From positions 1,491 to 65,490 of the forward strand of contig CAXIAX010000003.1 of assembly GCA_964021785.1 (NCBI GenBank): DNA of 64,000 nt, in the 5' to 3' direction. Both the position numbers and the translations under genes were made by a program. This DNA is from an uncultured Flavobacteriales bacterium (GTDB lineage: Bacteria; Bacteroidota; Bacteroidia; Flavobacteriales_D; CAJJDF01). Positions 1 to 9,677 of this stretch are shown in pieces (the first letter of the stretch is position 1; each line of letters begins with the position of its first letter). The notes under the pieces were generated by a model. It saw nothing but the letters and a program-made list of their open reading frames with translations. It did not search any database and was not told where the DNA came from.

Positions 1-442
1 TGTCAATGTCTTTTTTTACGTCTTGTTTCTTCAAAGATTCTCTCTTATCGTAGAGTTTCTTACCTCTACCAAGACCTATTTTTAATTTTATAAGTCCTTT
101 TTCGTTAATAAACAATAAAACCGGAAGTAAGGAAATTCCTTTGTCTTTTAGCTTTTTTTCAATCTTAAGAATCTCTCTCTTGTTCAATAATAATTTACGC
201 AATCTATAAACATCATGGTTCATATATCCTCCATGAGAATATTCCGTAATACTCATTCCTTTTATAAATATTTCTCCATTGTCAAAATAACAGTATGCTT
301 CCTTTATACTTGCTTTACTTTCTCGTATAGATTTCACTTCGGTTCCTCTCAATTGAATTCCCGCCACATACTCATCCAATATTTCGTAATCGAAATAAGC
401 TTTCTTATTCTTTATTGCTATTTTTTTCTGAAATTTGGCCAC
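1..442 (-). CDS. smpB: SsrA-binding protein SmpB; last few C-terminal residues cut by window edge
   Basis: Not in the ORF track because it runs off the window. My translation from GTG at 440-442 gives VAKFQKKIAIKNKKAYFDYEILDEYVAGIQLRGTEVKSIRESKASIKEAYCYF...INEKGLIKLKIGLGRGKKLYDKRESLKK, the canonical SmpB pattern. Confidence 0.85.
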   Translation of the reverse strand, partial: MAKFQKKIAIKNKKAYFDYEILDEYVAGIQLRGTEVKSIRESKASIKEAYCYFDNGEIFIKGMSITEYSHGGYMNHDVYRLRKLLLNKREILKIEKKLKDKGISLLPVLLFINEKGLIKLKIGLGRGKKLYDKRESLKKQDVKKDID

Positions 443-601
443 AAGTATAGGTTATTTGATTAATTCTTTTGTTTAACTACGAAAATACATCAGTTCTAGT
501 GATTTTATGTAATGAATTGAAGAAAATTTTATAGATAACAAGTTATGCAATAAACCCAGAAGTATTTCCGATTTAGTAAAAAATATACTTATTTTTGAAT
601 C

Positions 602-1972
602 ATGAGTAAAACAGAAGCCACTTTCGAAGAATTTTCTGGTGTTTCATTGAAACAATGGGAAGAAAAAATTAGCAAAGATCTAAAAGGAAAATCTATTTCT
701 GAATTGGAATGGACCAACCAAGATAATATTTCTTTGGTTCCTTATATCAACAAAGAAAATTCTAAAAACTATAAGGATGTAGATTCTGGTTTGAAATCTA
801 AACCAAATTCTAAATCTAACGAATGGACAATAAATAAGTTCATAAAAATAACGACCGAAGAAGAAGCAAATAAGCTTGCCGTAAAATCATTATCCGAAGG
901 AGTAAATTCTATTACTTTTAGAGGGGATGATATTAACCTAGAAATTTTGTTGAAAGACATAATGATAGAAATTATTGCGGTTCATTTTATCGTTCGCAAC
1001 CCTATGAAACTAATAACAGATTTGAAAAAATTATGTTTGGACAGGGCAATTACTTTTATAGATCTAGACTCTAGTATTGCTTTTGACTACCTAGGAAACT
1101 ACGCAAGAAAAGGAACTTGGTTAACTTCTAAAGAACAAATTACTGCCGATTTGATTAGCACTTTTGAAGCCACTAAAGATGCAGATGTAAAAACAATTTG
1201 TGCTAATTCTTCTTATTTTCAAAGCTCGGGAGCTACCGTTTCGCAACAAATTGCTATCTCTTTGGCACAAGGAACTGAATATTTAAATTTGATGACTCCA
1301 CATTTTGAAGTAGATGAATTGGCAAAGAAAATGCAGTTTGCCATGGCAATTGGAAACAATTATTTTCTTGAAATTGCCAAACTAAGAACTTTTAGAATGT
1401 TGTGGGCAAACGTGCTAAAGGCATTTGGAGCTACAGAAACCTCTACTACCATTCACACCACTACTTCTACCCTATTTTGGAGTGACAAACAACCAAAAAA
1501 CAATATGCTTAGAGCAACATCTCAAGCTATGAGCGCAATTTTGGGAGGATGTGATATGCTAACAATTTCTACTTTTGATACCGTTTCTGAAGATAAAAAA
1601 TCTTACTCGGAAAGAATTGCTGCAAACGTGCAACTCATCTTAAAAGAAGAATCATATTTTGATAAAGTAGTAGATCCTGCAAATGGTTCTTACTTTATAG
1701 AAAACCTTACCGAAGAACTAGCAGAAAAAAGTTGGTCTATTTTTCAAGACATTGAAAAACAAGGTGGATATATAAAAGCTTTGGAAAGTAATTACCTACA
1801 AGAAAAAGTATACCAATCTGGAGAAAAACTGATGGAATTATACAACCAAGGAAAACTAACACTTGTTGGGGTAAACAAATACGAAACAGACGACAGAGCT
1901 GTGAGCATGAAAAGAATAAGTGAACCAAAAATGGTAGATAATAATACCTTGTCTTTCTTACATATAAAATAG
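602..1972 (+). CDS. methylmalonyl-CoA mutase small (beta) subunit-like protein
   Basis: 456 aa. FLEIAKLRTFRMLWANV and MLRATSQAMSAILGGCD resemble the mutase barrel family. Its length and the lack of a C-terminal B12-binding DxHxxG segment fit the non-catalytic subunit. Confidence 0.6.
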   Translation: MSKTEATFEEFSGVSLKQWEEKISKDLKGKSISELEWTNQDNISLVPYINKENSKNYKDVDSGLKSKPNSKSNEWTINKFIKITTEEEANKLAVKSLSEGVNSITFRGDDINLEILLKDIMIEIIAVHFIVRNPMKLITDLKKLCLDRAITFIDLDSSIAFDYLGNYARKGTWLTSKEQITADLISTFEATKDADVKTICANSSYFQSSGATVSQQIAISLAQGTEYLNLMTPHFEVDELAKKMQFAMAIGNNYFLEIAKLRTFRMLWANVLKAFGATETSTTIHTTTSTLFWSDKQPKNNMLRATSQAMSAILGGCDMLTISTFDTVSEDKKSYSERIAANVQLILKEESYFDKVVDPANGSYFIENLTEELAEKSWSIFQDIEKQGGYIKALESNYLQEKVYQSGEKLMELYNQGKLTLVGVNKYETDDRAVSMKRISEPKMVDNNTLSFLHIK

Positions 1973-2003
1973 GTAGGTTATAATTTAAACTTACTTTTAA
2001 ACG

Positions 2004-2066
2004 GTCATTCTCGATACAATTTTTATTTCTGCTACGCTCCAATAAAACACACTCGAATTGACAAAA
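2004..2066. repeat. intergenic repeat family copy A (TTCTCGATAC ... CACTCGAATTGACAAA)
   Basis: gtcattctcgatacaattttt...aaaacacactcgaattgacaaa aligns by eye with the 53243-53297 copy. It lies just after the stop at 1972. Confidence 0.6.
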
Positions 2067-2088
2067 CTGACTTAAAAAAATATAATAA

Positions 2089-3063
2089 ATGAACAACTTA
2101 CTTATAGCTTTGAAAGGAATGGCAATGGGAATGGCAGAGACTGTCCCAGGAGTTTCTGGAGGAACAATCGCCTTTATCACGGGTATATACGAGAAATTGC
2201 TAGAAACAATAAAAGCATTTAAACCAAGCCTTCTTAAAACTTGGAAACAAGATGGGATTAAAGGAGTTTGGAATGAAATAAACGGTACTTTTTTAGTCTC
2301 TTTATTAGGTGGAATGGTTGTAGGAATTGGGATAGGAGTTGTAGCTATAGAAAAGCTAATTCACCTTTATCCTCCTGTAGTTTGGGCGTTTTTCTTTGGG
2401 CTAATTATTGCCTCAATCATTTACATTGGAAAACAAATTACTAAATGGAATTTACCAACTATTGTAGCTTTAATCCTTGGAGGAATTATAGCTTTTGGAA
2501 TCACACAATTACCAATGGGACAAGTAAATGAAAGCCTTTGGTTTGTATTTCTTTGTGGAGCTATTGCCGTATCAGCACTTATTCTACCCGGGATTTCGGG
2601 GAGTTTTATTTTGTTGATAATGGGAATGTATTCTTACATTTTACACGATACGCTTAAAACTGGACTAATAGAAAATCATGAATCTGGGGCACTTATTACA
2701 ATGATAGTTTTTGGACTAGGAATGATAGTAGGATTAGTTACTATGGCTAGATTCTTAACTTGGTCGCTCAAAAAACATAAAAACACTACGTTTGCAATTC
2801 TTACAGGGTTTATGATTGGTGCTCTAAACAAATTGTGGCCTTGGCGAGTTCCTGTTAATGTAATGGACGAAAACGACAACATTGTTGAGTTTTCTAAAGG
2901 AATGGAATTTGACAAAGTTATCACTGAATATTCTACTACACCAACTGGATACACTGAAAACTGGGGAGAACCTTCTTATTTAGTTGGAGTTATTACTTTC
3001 TTTTTTGTTGGATTATTATTGGTTTTGGGTATGGATTATTTTTCTAATAAAAAATCAAACTAA
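2089..3063 (+). CDS. DUF368 family integral membrane protein
   Basis: N-terminal AETVPGVSGGTIAFITGIYEKL signature, a second LPGISGSFILLIMGMY half-repeat, and multiple hydrophobic segments. Confidence 0.8.
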   Translation: MNNLLIALKGMAMGMAETVPGVSGGTIAFITGIYEKLLETIKAFKPSLLKTWKQDGIKGVWNEINGTFLVSLLGGMVVGIGIGVVAIEKLIHLYPPVVWAFFFGLIIASIIYIGKQITKWNLPTIVALILGGIIAFGITQLPMGQVNESLWFVFLCGAIAVSALILPGISGSFILLIMGMYSYILHDTLKTGLIENHESGALITMIVFGLGMIVGLVTMARFLTWSLKKHKNTTFAILTGFMIGALNKLWPWRVPVNVMDENDNIVEFSKGMEFDKVITEYSTTPTGYTENWGEPSYLVGVITFFFVGLLLVLGMDYFSNKKSN

Positions 3064-3066
3064 CCC

Positions 3067-3810
3067 ATGCAATTAGGACTTATAGGAAAAACACTTGCTC
3101 ATTCTTTTTCGAAATCTTATTTTGAAAATAAATTTGAAGAAGAAAAATTAGCCAATCATTCTTATGAATTATTTGAGCTAAACTCGATTGAAGAGTTTCC
3201 AGAATTGTTGAAAAACAACCCCAACTTAGTTGGGCTAAATGTGACTATTCCTTACAAAGAATCTGTGATTCCGTTTTTGGATGAACTGGACGAAACAGCC
3301 AAAGAAATTGGAGCTGTGAACACAATTAAGATTAGTAGAAAGGAAGGTAAAACAATCCTTAAAGGTTATAATACAGATGCTAAAGGATTTGGATTATCCA
3401 TCAAACCGTTTCTAAAAAACACGCACGAAAGAGCTTTAATCCTTGGTACTGGAGGTGGTTCTAAAGCTGTGAATTATGTGTTGAAAAATTTAGGAATTAC
3501 AACCTTATTTGTATCTAGAAATGCCAAAGAAAACGAATTAAATTACAAAGATTTGAACGACTATGTAATGAAATTTCACAAGCTCGTTATTAACACTACA
3601 CCTTTGGGAATGAGCCCAAATGAGGATACTTTTCCTGATATACCTTATTCATTACTAGACGAATCTCATACACTTATTGACTTGGTTTACAACCCAAAAC
3701 AATCTCAGTTTTTGACAAAAGGAAAAGAAGAAGGAACAGAAATATTGAACGGATTATCTATGTTACATCACCAAGCAAACGAAGCATGGAAAATATGGTG
3801 TAACGCTTAA
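3067..3810 (+). CDS. aroE: shikimate 5-dehydrogenase
   Basis: GLIGKTLAHSFS, NVTIPYKESVIPFLDELDETAKEIGAVNTI and the GTGGGSKAV dinucleotide loop are typical AroE features. Confidence 0.85.
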   Translation: MQLGLIGKTLAHSFSKSYFENKFEEEKLANHSYELFELNSIEEFPELLKNNPNLVGLNVTIPYKESVIPFLDELDETAKEIGAVNTIKISRKEGKTILKGYNTDAKGFGLSIKPFLKNTHERALILGTGGGSKAVNYVLKNLGITTLFVSRNAKENELNYKDLNDYVMKFHKLVINTTPLGMSPNEDTFPDIPYSLLDESHTLIDLVYNPKQSQFLTKGKEEGTEILNGLSMLHHQANEAWKIWCNA

Positions 3811-3821
3811 CAGACTTAGTT

Positions 3822-3847
3822 GTCATTTCTGCGAAGGCAAGAATGAC
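3822..3847. repeat. GTCATTyCTG...CArGAATGAC hairpin repeat
   Basis: gtcatttctgcgaaggcaagaatgac, right after the aroE stop. Same family as 4784-4810 and 51754-51780. Confidence 0.5.
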
Positions 3848-3868
3848 TTTGAAAAATTATAAAATACA

Positions 3869-4687
3869 ATGAATACAGAATTAAACGACATAAAAGATAC
3901 AGTAGAATTTTTGACTAGCAAAGGATTTGCAAATGCAGAAGTAGGTATTGTATTGGGTACAGGATTGGGGAATTTAGTTACCAAAATAGACATTGAAATG
4001 GAGCTGTCTTACTCCGAAATTCCAAACTTTCCTTTGTCTACAGTTGAGTTTCATTCTGGTAAATTAATTATAGGAAACCTTGGAGGAAAAAAGGTGATTG
4101 CTATGCAAGGAAGATTTCACTTTTATGAAGGATACAGCATGAATGAAATTGTATTCCCTATTAGAGTTTTGAAATTATTGGGAGTAAAAAACTTACTAAT
4201 TTCTAATGCTGCAGGAGCAATAAACACCAATTTCAAAAAAGGAGAATTGATGGTTATAACAGATCACATCAATTTACAATCCAATGCATTAATTGGTAAA
4301 AACATGAAAGAACTAGGAACAAGATTCCCTGACATGAGCGAGCCGTATGCAAAAAACCTGAGAGAGATTGCTACCACTGTTGCAGATGAAAACAACATTA
4401 CTTTGAGAGAAGGTACCTACGTATCGGTTCAAGGACCAATGTTAGAAACTGCCGCAGAATATCGTTATTTAGATATCATTGGAGCAGATGCCGTGGGAAT
4501 GAGTACTACACCAGAAGTAATTGCTGCAAACCACATGGGATTACCGGTAATGGCAATATCTGTATTGACAGACGAGTGCGATTACAATAACCTAAAACCT
4601 GTGAGTATTGAAGAAATAATTGCAATTGCAGGAAAAGCCGAGATTGTACTTACTACTTTGTTTGAAGGGATTATTGAGAAGATTTAA
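3869..4687 (+). CDS. purine nucleoside phosphorylase (PNP/MTAP family, trimeric type)
   Basis: GIVLGTGLG, GRFHFYEGY, NAAGAIN, GPMLETAAEYR and GADAVGMSTTPEV motifs. Confidence 0.9.
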   Translation: MNTELNDIKDTVEFLTSKGFANAEVGIVLGTGLGNLVTKIDIEMELSYSEIPNFPLSTVEFHSGKLIIGNLGGKKVIAMQGRFHFYEGYSMNEIVFPIRVLKLLGVKNLLISNAAGAINTNFKKGELMVITDHINLQSNALIGKNMKELGTRFPDMSEPYAKNLREIATTVADENNITLREGTYVSVQGPMLETAAEYRYLDIIGADAVGMSTTPEVIAANHMGLPVMAISVLTDECDYNNLKPVSIEEIIAIAGKAEIVLTTLFEGIIEKI

Positions 4688-4694
4688 TTACGAG

Positions 4695-4743
4695 CATTAT
4701 TCTCAATACAATCCAAAGAAATCCTAATCATTCGAGTTGACAG
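4695..4743. repeat. intergenic repeat family copy B (shorter variant)
   Basis: cattattctcaataca...atcattcgagttgacag shares both termini with copies A and C. It lies just after the stop at 4687. Confidence 0.5.
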
Positions 4744-4783
4744 TTTTTTTTGAATTGATTTCTTAACTAATCTTTTTCTTTTC

Positions 4784-4810
4784 TGTCATTCCTGCTTCCG
4801 AGCTGGAATC
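4784..4810. repeat. GTCATTCCTG... hairpin repeat
   Basis: tgtcattcctgcttccgagctggaatc, an imperfect hairpin of the same family. Confidence 0.45.
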
Positions 4811-4865
4811 TAAAGTTGTATATTTTCTAGTCTAGAAACTCTGGGTTAAGTTACTGTGTAAAACA

Positions 4866-5603
4866 CTAATTTCCTGTATAAATTATTCTTTCTCCCACCT
4901 TGTATTTGTTTGTTTCATCAAAAAATAAACGAATAGATTCCACCACTTCTATTCTGCCATCTGGCATCCTGCAAGTAACATTATTAAAATAAACCATACT
5001 CCCTATTTTCAACCTTTGAATGTGGTTTTTCATTGGGATGGTTAATGCATTATTCCCCGAATGAAATTCATTTTTATTTCCATTGGTAAATGTTACCAAA
5101 TCAAACGACAAAAGCTGTACAAATTGCCCTTCGCACACAGCATTTAACTTTGCATAATCGTATAAATAGCGTTTGTCTATTAATGAATCGGCTTTTATAT
5201 TCCCCACATATATTTGTGGCATTGGAGGTTCTACAACTTCATACACCAATACTTCGCCAAGCCCAATAGTTCCATCTTCATTTTTCACATTCACCCTTAT
5301 CATTCCTTTACTTATTTTACTTTTTCTAGGAATTTTTATAGAATATAAATCTTCACCAACACGAGATATAAAAATAGAATCAGAAGAAACTTTAACTACA
5401 TTCTTTTTCCCTGTTTTCATTTTTATAGAGACCAAATAATGCTTTCCTTTTACCAAGAAAGTATCCTTGTGCGAAACCTCCAACATAGAAGTTGGTTTCT
5501 TTATTTTAAACACATACACAGAGTCTTGGGAGAATGAATTTCCTCCCAAAAACAAGCAAACAAAACTCATTGCAATCCCTAGTATTTTAAAATAATGCGT
5601 CAA
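4866..5603 (-). CDS. secreted protein of unknown function, third gene of the ECF sigma operon
   Basis: 245 aa with an N-terminal signal-like hydrophobic segment (ILGIAMSFVCLFLGGNSFSQ). It overlaps the upstream gene by 17 nt. The C-terminus (FNNVTCRMPDGRIEVVESI) is shared with the upstream protein. Confidence 0.6.
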   Translation of the reverse strand: MTHYFKILGIAMSFVCLFLGGNSFSQDSVYVFKIKKPTSMLEVSHKDTFLVKGKHYLVSIKMKTGKKNVVKVSSDSIFISRVGEDLYSIKIPRKSKISKGMIRVNVKNEDGTIGLGEVLVYEVVEPPMPQIYVGNIKADSLIDKRYLYDYAKLNAVCEGQFVQLLSFDLVTFTNGNKNEFHSGNNALTIPMKNHIQRLKIGSMVYFNNVTCRMPDGRIEVVESIRLFFDETNKYKVGERIIYTGN

Positions 5604-7128
5604 TATCTAATTCTTTTTTAATTTTTTCTTCGGCATATAAATCTTTCTTTATCACCTCAAACTCTAGGTTATAAATCCCTTTGTGATTTAAGGGTATTTT
5701 GGCAAAATCTTTTGCCTTACAAATTACTAATTTATCATCCTTAGTAACACCCCAAAGTACACATTTATTGTTAGGATTATAAGATAAAGTCCCATTAGTG
5801 AACAAAGTATACATCACATTTTTATTTTCTTCTACCAAGTACAATTGTTTTAGTATCAAAGTATCTTTCTTTACTTTTTCACTCTTTTCAATGTATTCTG
5901 CAGCTATCATTTGCCCTTTTGGCATCCTACATGGATAATCAGAATTGAATATCCCAAAATTATTGATTTCAAAAATTCTTGTCACAAACCCTCCTAAATC
6001 TGAAAAAGACCTAACTTCATTATTAAACTGGCTAATGCTTCCTATCAACCTATCTTGCTCTTTTGTCAATGAGTCTAATTCCTTTTTGTTTTCGGAGAGA
6101 TAAATCGCCATGGCTTTTTTATAATTTTCTCCTTCAAAAACTGGCTTTGTTCTTAGGGTCGTCTTCTTAAACTTCTTATAGAATAACAATTCAAAAACTT
6201 CATTCTTTTCCTTTAGTTTAATATCGTCCCATTCTACTTTTGCCAACTCTTCCGAAAAATTATTGTCGCTTTTATCAATCTCAAACAATACATCTTTGAA
6301 ACCTCTAAACTGAGGAAATTCACTAGAGTCCATTTCTAATTTAATACAAATACTCTCTGCCGATTTTTTGTTCGGTTTTCTTTGCTCTATCTTTTTTATT
6401 TCCTTTTTCGTTTTCTTCAAATCCTTTTCTAGCTCAGCTTGTTCAACCTCATTAGGCAAGCTACTTAGTGTAATTTTATCTTTGGATATAAATTGCCATT
6501 CGGCCAATTTTTCATCATAATAATATTTATTAAAATAATCACCATTTTGCTGAGAAGCCATTTTTACCACAATTGGTTTTTCAAGTATAACGGGAACACC
6601 ATTTTGTTCTCCTCTTAATTCAAACATACCTGCAGACTCGAAATGATATTGAGTCCCTGCGGAATCATAAGTCATAGGAATTCCTGAGAGAAAGAAATCG
6701 ACAGGAGTATGAAAATCTTTGTAAATAATAGAGACCTCGCCACTTATTTTGACTCCATTAGAGTCAACAAAAGCTTGCTCCGGAATCTCTATCACAGTAT
6801 TGTTATAGTTTAATACATTGGGTTTTTCTGTATTTATCACAAAATCTTTCTTCTCCAATGCCAATCCCAAAACAGGAGTAATCCCTTTTTCTTTTTCTAC
6901 AAGAACAGTATTCTGTTTCGTTTCATTTTTCGTTTTAATCTTACTAGTAAAAAACAAAACTAACGCTACAATTAAAAAAACACCAGCCGCAACCAACCCT
7001 CCAATTTTCCAGTTTCTCTTTTTTACAAATAACTGGTGTTTTTTCAATAATTGACTAAAATCCTCATTTGCTTTCACCTCCTCGTTAGTCAATTTATTAT
7101 TTCCAATAATTACTTTTTCCTCCTCCAT
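5587..7128 (-). CDS. single-pass membrane protein, candidate non-canonical anti-sigma partner
   Basis: 513 aa. It has a short charged N-terminus, one TM segment (GGLVAAGVFLIVALVLFFT), then a large external domain. It starts 5 nt after the ECF sigma stop. No HxxxCxxC zinc anti-sigma motif is present. Confidence 0.55.
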   Translation of the reverse strand: MEEEKVIIGNNKLTNEEVKANEDFSQLLKKHQLFVKKRNWKIGGLVAAGVFLIVALVLFFTSKIKTKNETKQNTVLVEKEKGITPVLGLALEKKDFVINTEKPNVLNYNNTVIEIPEQAFVDSNGVKISGEVSIIYKDFHTPVDFFLSGIPMTYDSAGTQYHFESAGMFELRGEQNGVPVILEKPIVVKMASQQNGDYFNKYYYDEKLAEWQFISKDKITLSSLPNEVEQAELEKDLKKTKKEIKKIEQRKPNKKSAESICIKLEMDSSEFPQFRGFKDVLFEIDKSDNNFSEELAKVEWDDIKLKEKNEVFELLFYKKFKKTTLRTKPVFEGENYKKAMAIYLSENKKELDSLTKEQDRLIGSISQFNNEVRSFSDLGGFVTRIFEINNFGIFNSDYPCRMPKGQMIAAEYIEKSEKVKKDTLILKQLYLVEENKNVMYTLFTNGTLSYNPNNKCVLWGVTKDDKLVICKAKDFAKIPLNHKGIYNLEFEVIKKDLYAEEKIKKELDIDALF

Positions 7129-7133
7129 CTTCT

Positions 7134-7658
7134 TTAGTTTTTAATCAAATTTGTTTTCAATTTCTCTATCGCTCTATATGTTTTAGCTTTTGCATTTACC
7201 TCTGTGGTATTCAGTATTTCTGCAATCTCCTTAAACGGTCTCCCCTCCCAAAATCTCATTTCAATTAATTGTAAATAAATAGGTTTTAATGTTTTCAACC
7301 CTTTTTTCAATCTAGCCGTTAACTCTTCGTCTTTCTCCTCTATTTCTTCTGAAAAAGAAAGCAAAAAACTTTCGTCTACTTTTATCACCTTACTTTTCTT
7401 TTTGTAGTGTGTATTTATCTCGTTTATAGCTATGCGATACAACCAAGAACCAAAAGAAACACCTTTGTATTGGTATTTTTTTATTCCTTTCATTGCTTTC
7501 ATAAATACTTGCGAGCAAATATCATAAGCCTCTTCTTTGCTTTCCACTCTTTGGAAACAGAATAGCAATATCCTTTTATGATATTCCAAATACAAAGGCT
7601 CAAAGTCCTTTATATTATTCTGTGCTAATTGTATTTGTTTCTTTTCTTCCAACATCAA
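7134..7658 (-). CDS. RNA polymerase sigma-70 factor, ECF subfamily
   Basis: 174 aa. Region 2 is YKGVSFGSWLYRIAINE. Region 4 is LIEMRFWEGRPFKEIAEILNTTEVNAKAKTYRAIEKLK. Confidence 0.9.
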   Translation of the reverse strand: MMLEEKKQIQLAQNNIKDFEPLYLEYHKRILLFCFQRVESKEEAYDICSQVFMKAMKGIKKYQYKGVSFGSWLYRIAINEINTHYKKKSKVIKVDESFLLSFSEEIEEKDEELTARLKKGLKTLKPIYLQLIEMRFWEGRPFKEIAEILNTTEVNAKAKTYRAIEKLKTNLIKN

Positions 7659-7748
7659 AAATGATTCGATTTACTTATATAACCTCCATTTTATAAAAAA
7701 GATACATTTTAAGTGAATTATTTTTTACATCCTCTACAAAAACTCAAC

Positions 7749-7789
7749 AAAAAAGCGTAATCATTAAAAAATTAATAATTACGCTTTTC
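7749..7789 (-). terminator. rho-independent terminator after the OsmC-family gene
   Basis: Stem agcgtaat (7754-7761) pairs with attacgct (7778-7785). A T-run follows on the minus strand. Confidence 0.55.
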
Positions 7790-7823
7790 ATTTATTTGAA
7801 AAACAAATAGTCTTCTTTATCTA

Positions 7824-8237
7824 TTATTTATAAACTATGTCATAGCTTATATCTGCAAATTTTCTAAACATTTCGTAGACACCACAATATTTATCAATTG
7901 ATAATTTTACGGCTTTTTCTATTTTATCCTTTTGTAAATCCTCTCCCTTAAAAATATATTTTAATGTAACCGTATGGTAATATTTAGGATGTTCTTCAGT
8001 AAGTTCTCCCTCTACCTCTACTTTAAAATCTTCTACCTGTGCTCTCATTTTTTCTAGCAAAGAAGTTACATCCATACTGGTGCAACCTGCCAATGAAACC
8101 AACATCAAGTATTTTGGAGTCATACCTTTTGCATTTCCATCTTCGCCTGCTGTAGCATCTAATTGTAATTTACCTCCTACTGTTTCTATCTCATAGGCCA
8201 ATTCACCCTTCCAATCTGATGTTATTTTATGTGTCAT
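7824..8237 (-). CDS. OsmC family peroxiredoxin-like protein
   Basis: 137 aa with the SLAGCTSMDV and CGVYEMF paired-cysteine pattern of the OsmC/Ohr fold. Confidence 0.8.
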   Translation of the reverse strand: MTHKITSDWKGELAYEIETVGGKLQLDATAGEDGNAKGMTPKYLMLVSLAGCTSMDVTSLLEKMRAQVEDFKVEVEGELTEEHPKYYHTVTLKYIFKGEDLQKDKIEKAVKLSIDKYCGVYEMFRKFADISYDIVYK

Positions 8238-8522
8238 GTTTTTTTTATTTAAAGTTATTAATAATACTGACGTGCATTTATAACTTTTGTTACTTAATTA
8301 TAACCTGCACTGCAACTTTATCAATATATAAGATTCTATTTTTAAAATCTACATTCTTCTATTCTCACAAAAACCAAAAGATTCATATTATATCCATTGT
8401 TTTAAGTCAAAAATTAATATAACAAAAATTACTCAATCATAAACTGATATATCTCACTTTTGAAGCTATAATCTATCACACTTTACACCCTGTTATCTCA
8501 TAAAAAAAAACTTGAATATCGC

Positions 8523-8530
8523 TATATTTG
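8523..8530 (+). promoter_or_regulatory. Bacteroidota -7 promoter box TAnnTTTG upstream of the efflux operon
   Basis: tatatttg lies 56 nt before ATG 8586. Confidence 0.35.
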
Positions 8531-8585
8531 TATTGAGGTTAAATGTGTTTCTACCCTTGCATTTAACTTAACTAATCTATTAATT

Positions 8586-9677
8586 ATGAGAACATTTTTT
8601 ACATTTTCAATTCTAATTTTAATAGCTTTTTCTTGTGGAGATAGCGAGAATAATGAAGTGAAACCTCAAACAAAAAACATTACAGAATCCGTTTATGCTT
8701 CGGTTAGTGTGAGGCCTCAACTATCTTATTTTCCTCAACCAATGAGATCGGGAATTGTGAAGGAAATTTATGGCCAAGAAGGTGATTTAGTTAAAAAAGG
8801 TCAAATATTATTAGAAATAACACCAACAGAAACTGTAAAAGGTCAATTGGTAAACGCACAAATAAATTTACAAGAAGCAAAATCCAATTATCTTGGATCT
8901 AATAATTTATTAAAAAACATAAGCTTAGAAATTAGCATCACCAAAGAGCAACTGAGTTTAGACTCTACCAATTACGAAAGGCAAAAAGAACTAAAGAAAA
9001 AGAACGTAGGAAGAACTTTGGACCTTGACCAAGCTAAGGCTAAGTATTTCTCTACCCAACAACAGTTGGGTGTTCTTGAAAAAAAATACAGCCAAACCAA
9101 AACTAATTTACAGAGTAATTACAAAAAAGCGCTAAGCCAAACCAAAACCGAAAAAAGCCAGTTAAATGATTTTACTATTCGCTCAGAAATGGATGGAAAA
9201 ATCTATACCATTAATAAAGAAATAGGTGATTACATAAGTTCGCAAGAAAAATTTGCTGAAATAGGAAGTGCAAAAGATTTTAAACTTCAAATGGATATAG
9301 ATGAAGTAGATATTACTAAAATAGAGCTTGGAGATTCGGTTATCATTAAATTGGATGCCTATGAAAACGAATTATTTATTGCGATTGTAGATAAAATTTT
9401 TCCTAAAAAAGATGACATAACTCAAACTTTTAGAGTTGAAGGAAGATTTACTGAGAAGCCTCCAAAATTATTCAATGGACTGTCTGGTGAAGCAAACATT
9501 ATAGTATCTGAAAGAAAAAATGCTCTGGTTATTCCTTCCGAATATTTATTACCCAATAATAAAGTACTGACAGAAGATGGTGAAAAAAGTATTAAAACAG
9601 GGTTGAAAAACTTGAAATTTACTGAGGTTATTGCAGGAATTGACAGCACCACTACCCTTTTAAAACCAACTGAATAA
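8586..9677 (+). CDS. efflux transporter periplasmic adaptor subunit (HlyD/MacA-like)
   Basis: Lipoprotein-like signal (ILIAFSCG), a lipoyl-like GQEGDLVKKGQILLEI, and a long coiled-coil hairpin. Its stop overlaps the permease start (TAATG). Confidence 0.8.
   Translation: MRTFFTFSILILIAFSCGDSENNEVKPQTKNITESVYASVSVRPQLSYFPQPMRSGIVKEIYGQEGDLVKKGQILLEITPTETVKGQLVNAQINLQEAKSNYLGSNNLLKNISLEISITKEQLSLDSTNYERQKELKKKNVGRTLDLDQAKAKYFSTQQQLGVLEKKYSQTKTNLQSNYKKALSQTKTEKSQLNDFTIRSEMDGKIYTINKEIGDYISSQEKFAEIGSAKDFKLQMDIDEVDITKIELGDSVIIKLDAYENELFIAIVDKIFPKKDDITQTFRVEGRFTEKPPKLFNGLSGEANIIVSERKNALVIPSEYLLPNNKVLTEDGEKSIKTGLKNLKFTEVIAGIDSTTTLLKPTE

Noticed and set aside
215-463. 82-aa plus-strand ORF from the track
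   Set aside because: It lies entirely antisense to a clear SmpB coding sequence (1..442, minus). Its low-complexity F/Y/I-rich translation is typical of an AT-rich shadow frame.
464-601. Cobalamin riboswitch upstream of the mutase-like gene
   Set aside because: The 138-nt spacer is too short and AT-rich. It has no B12-box-like GCCACTG element and no GC-rich stems.
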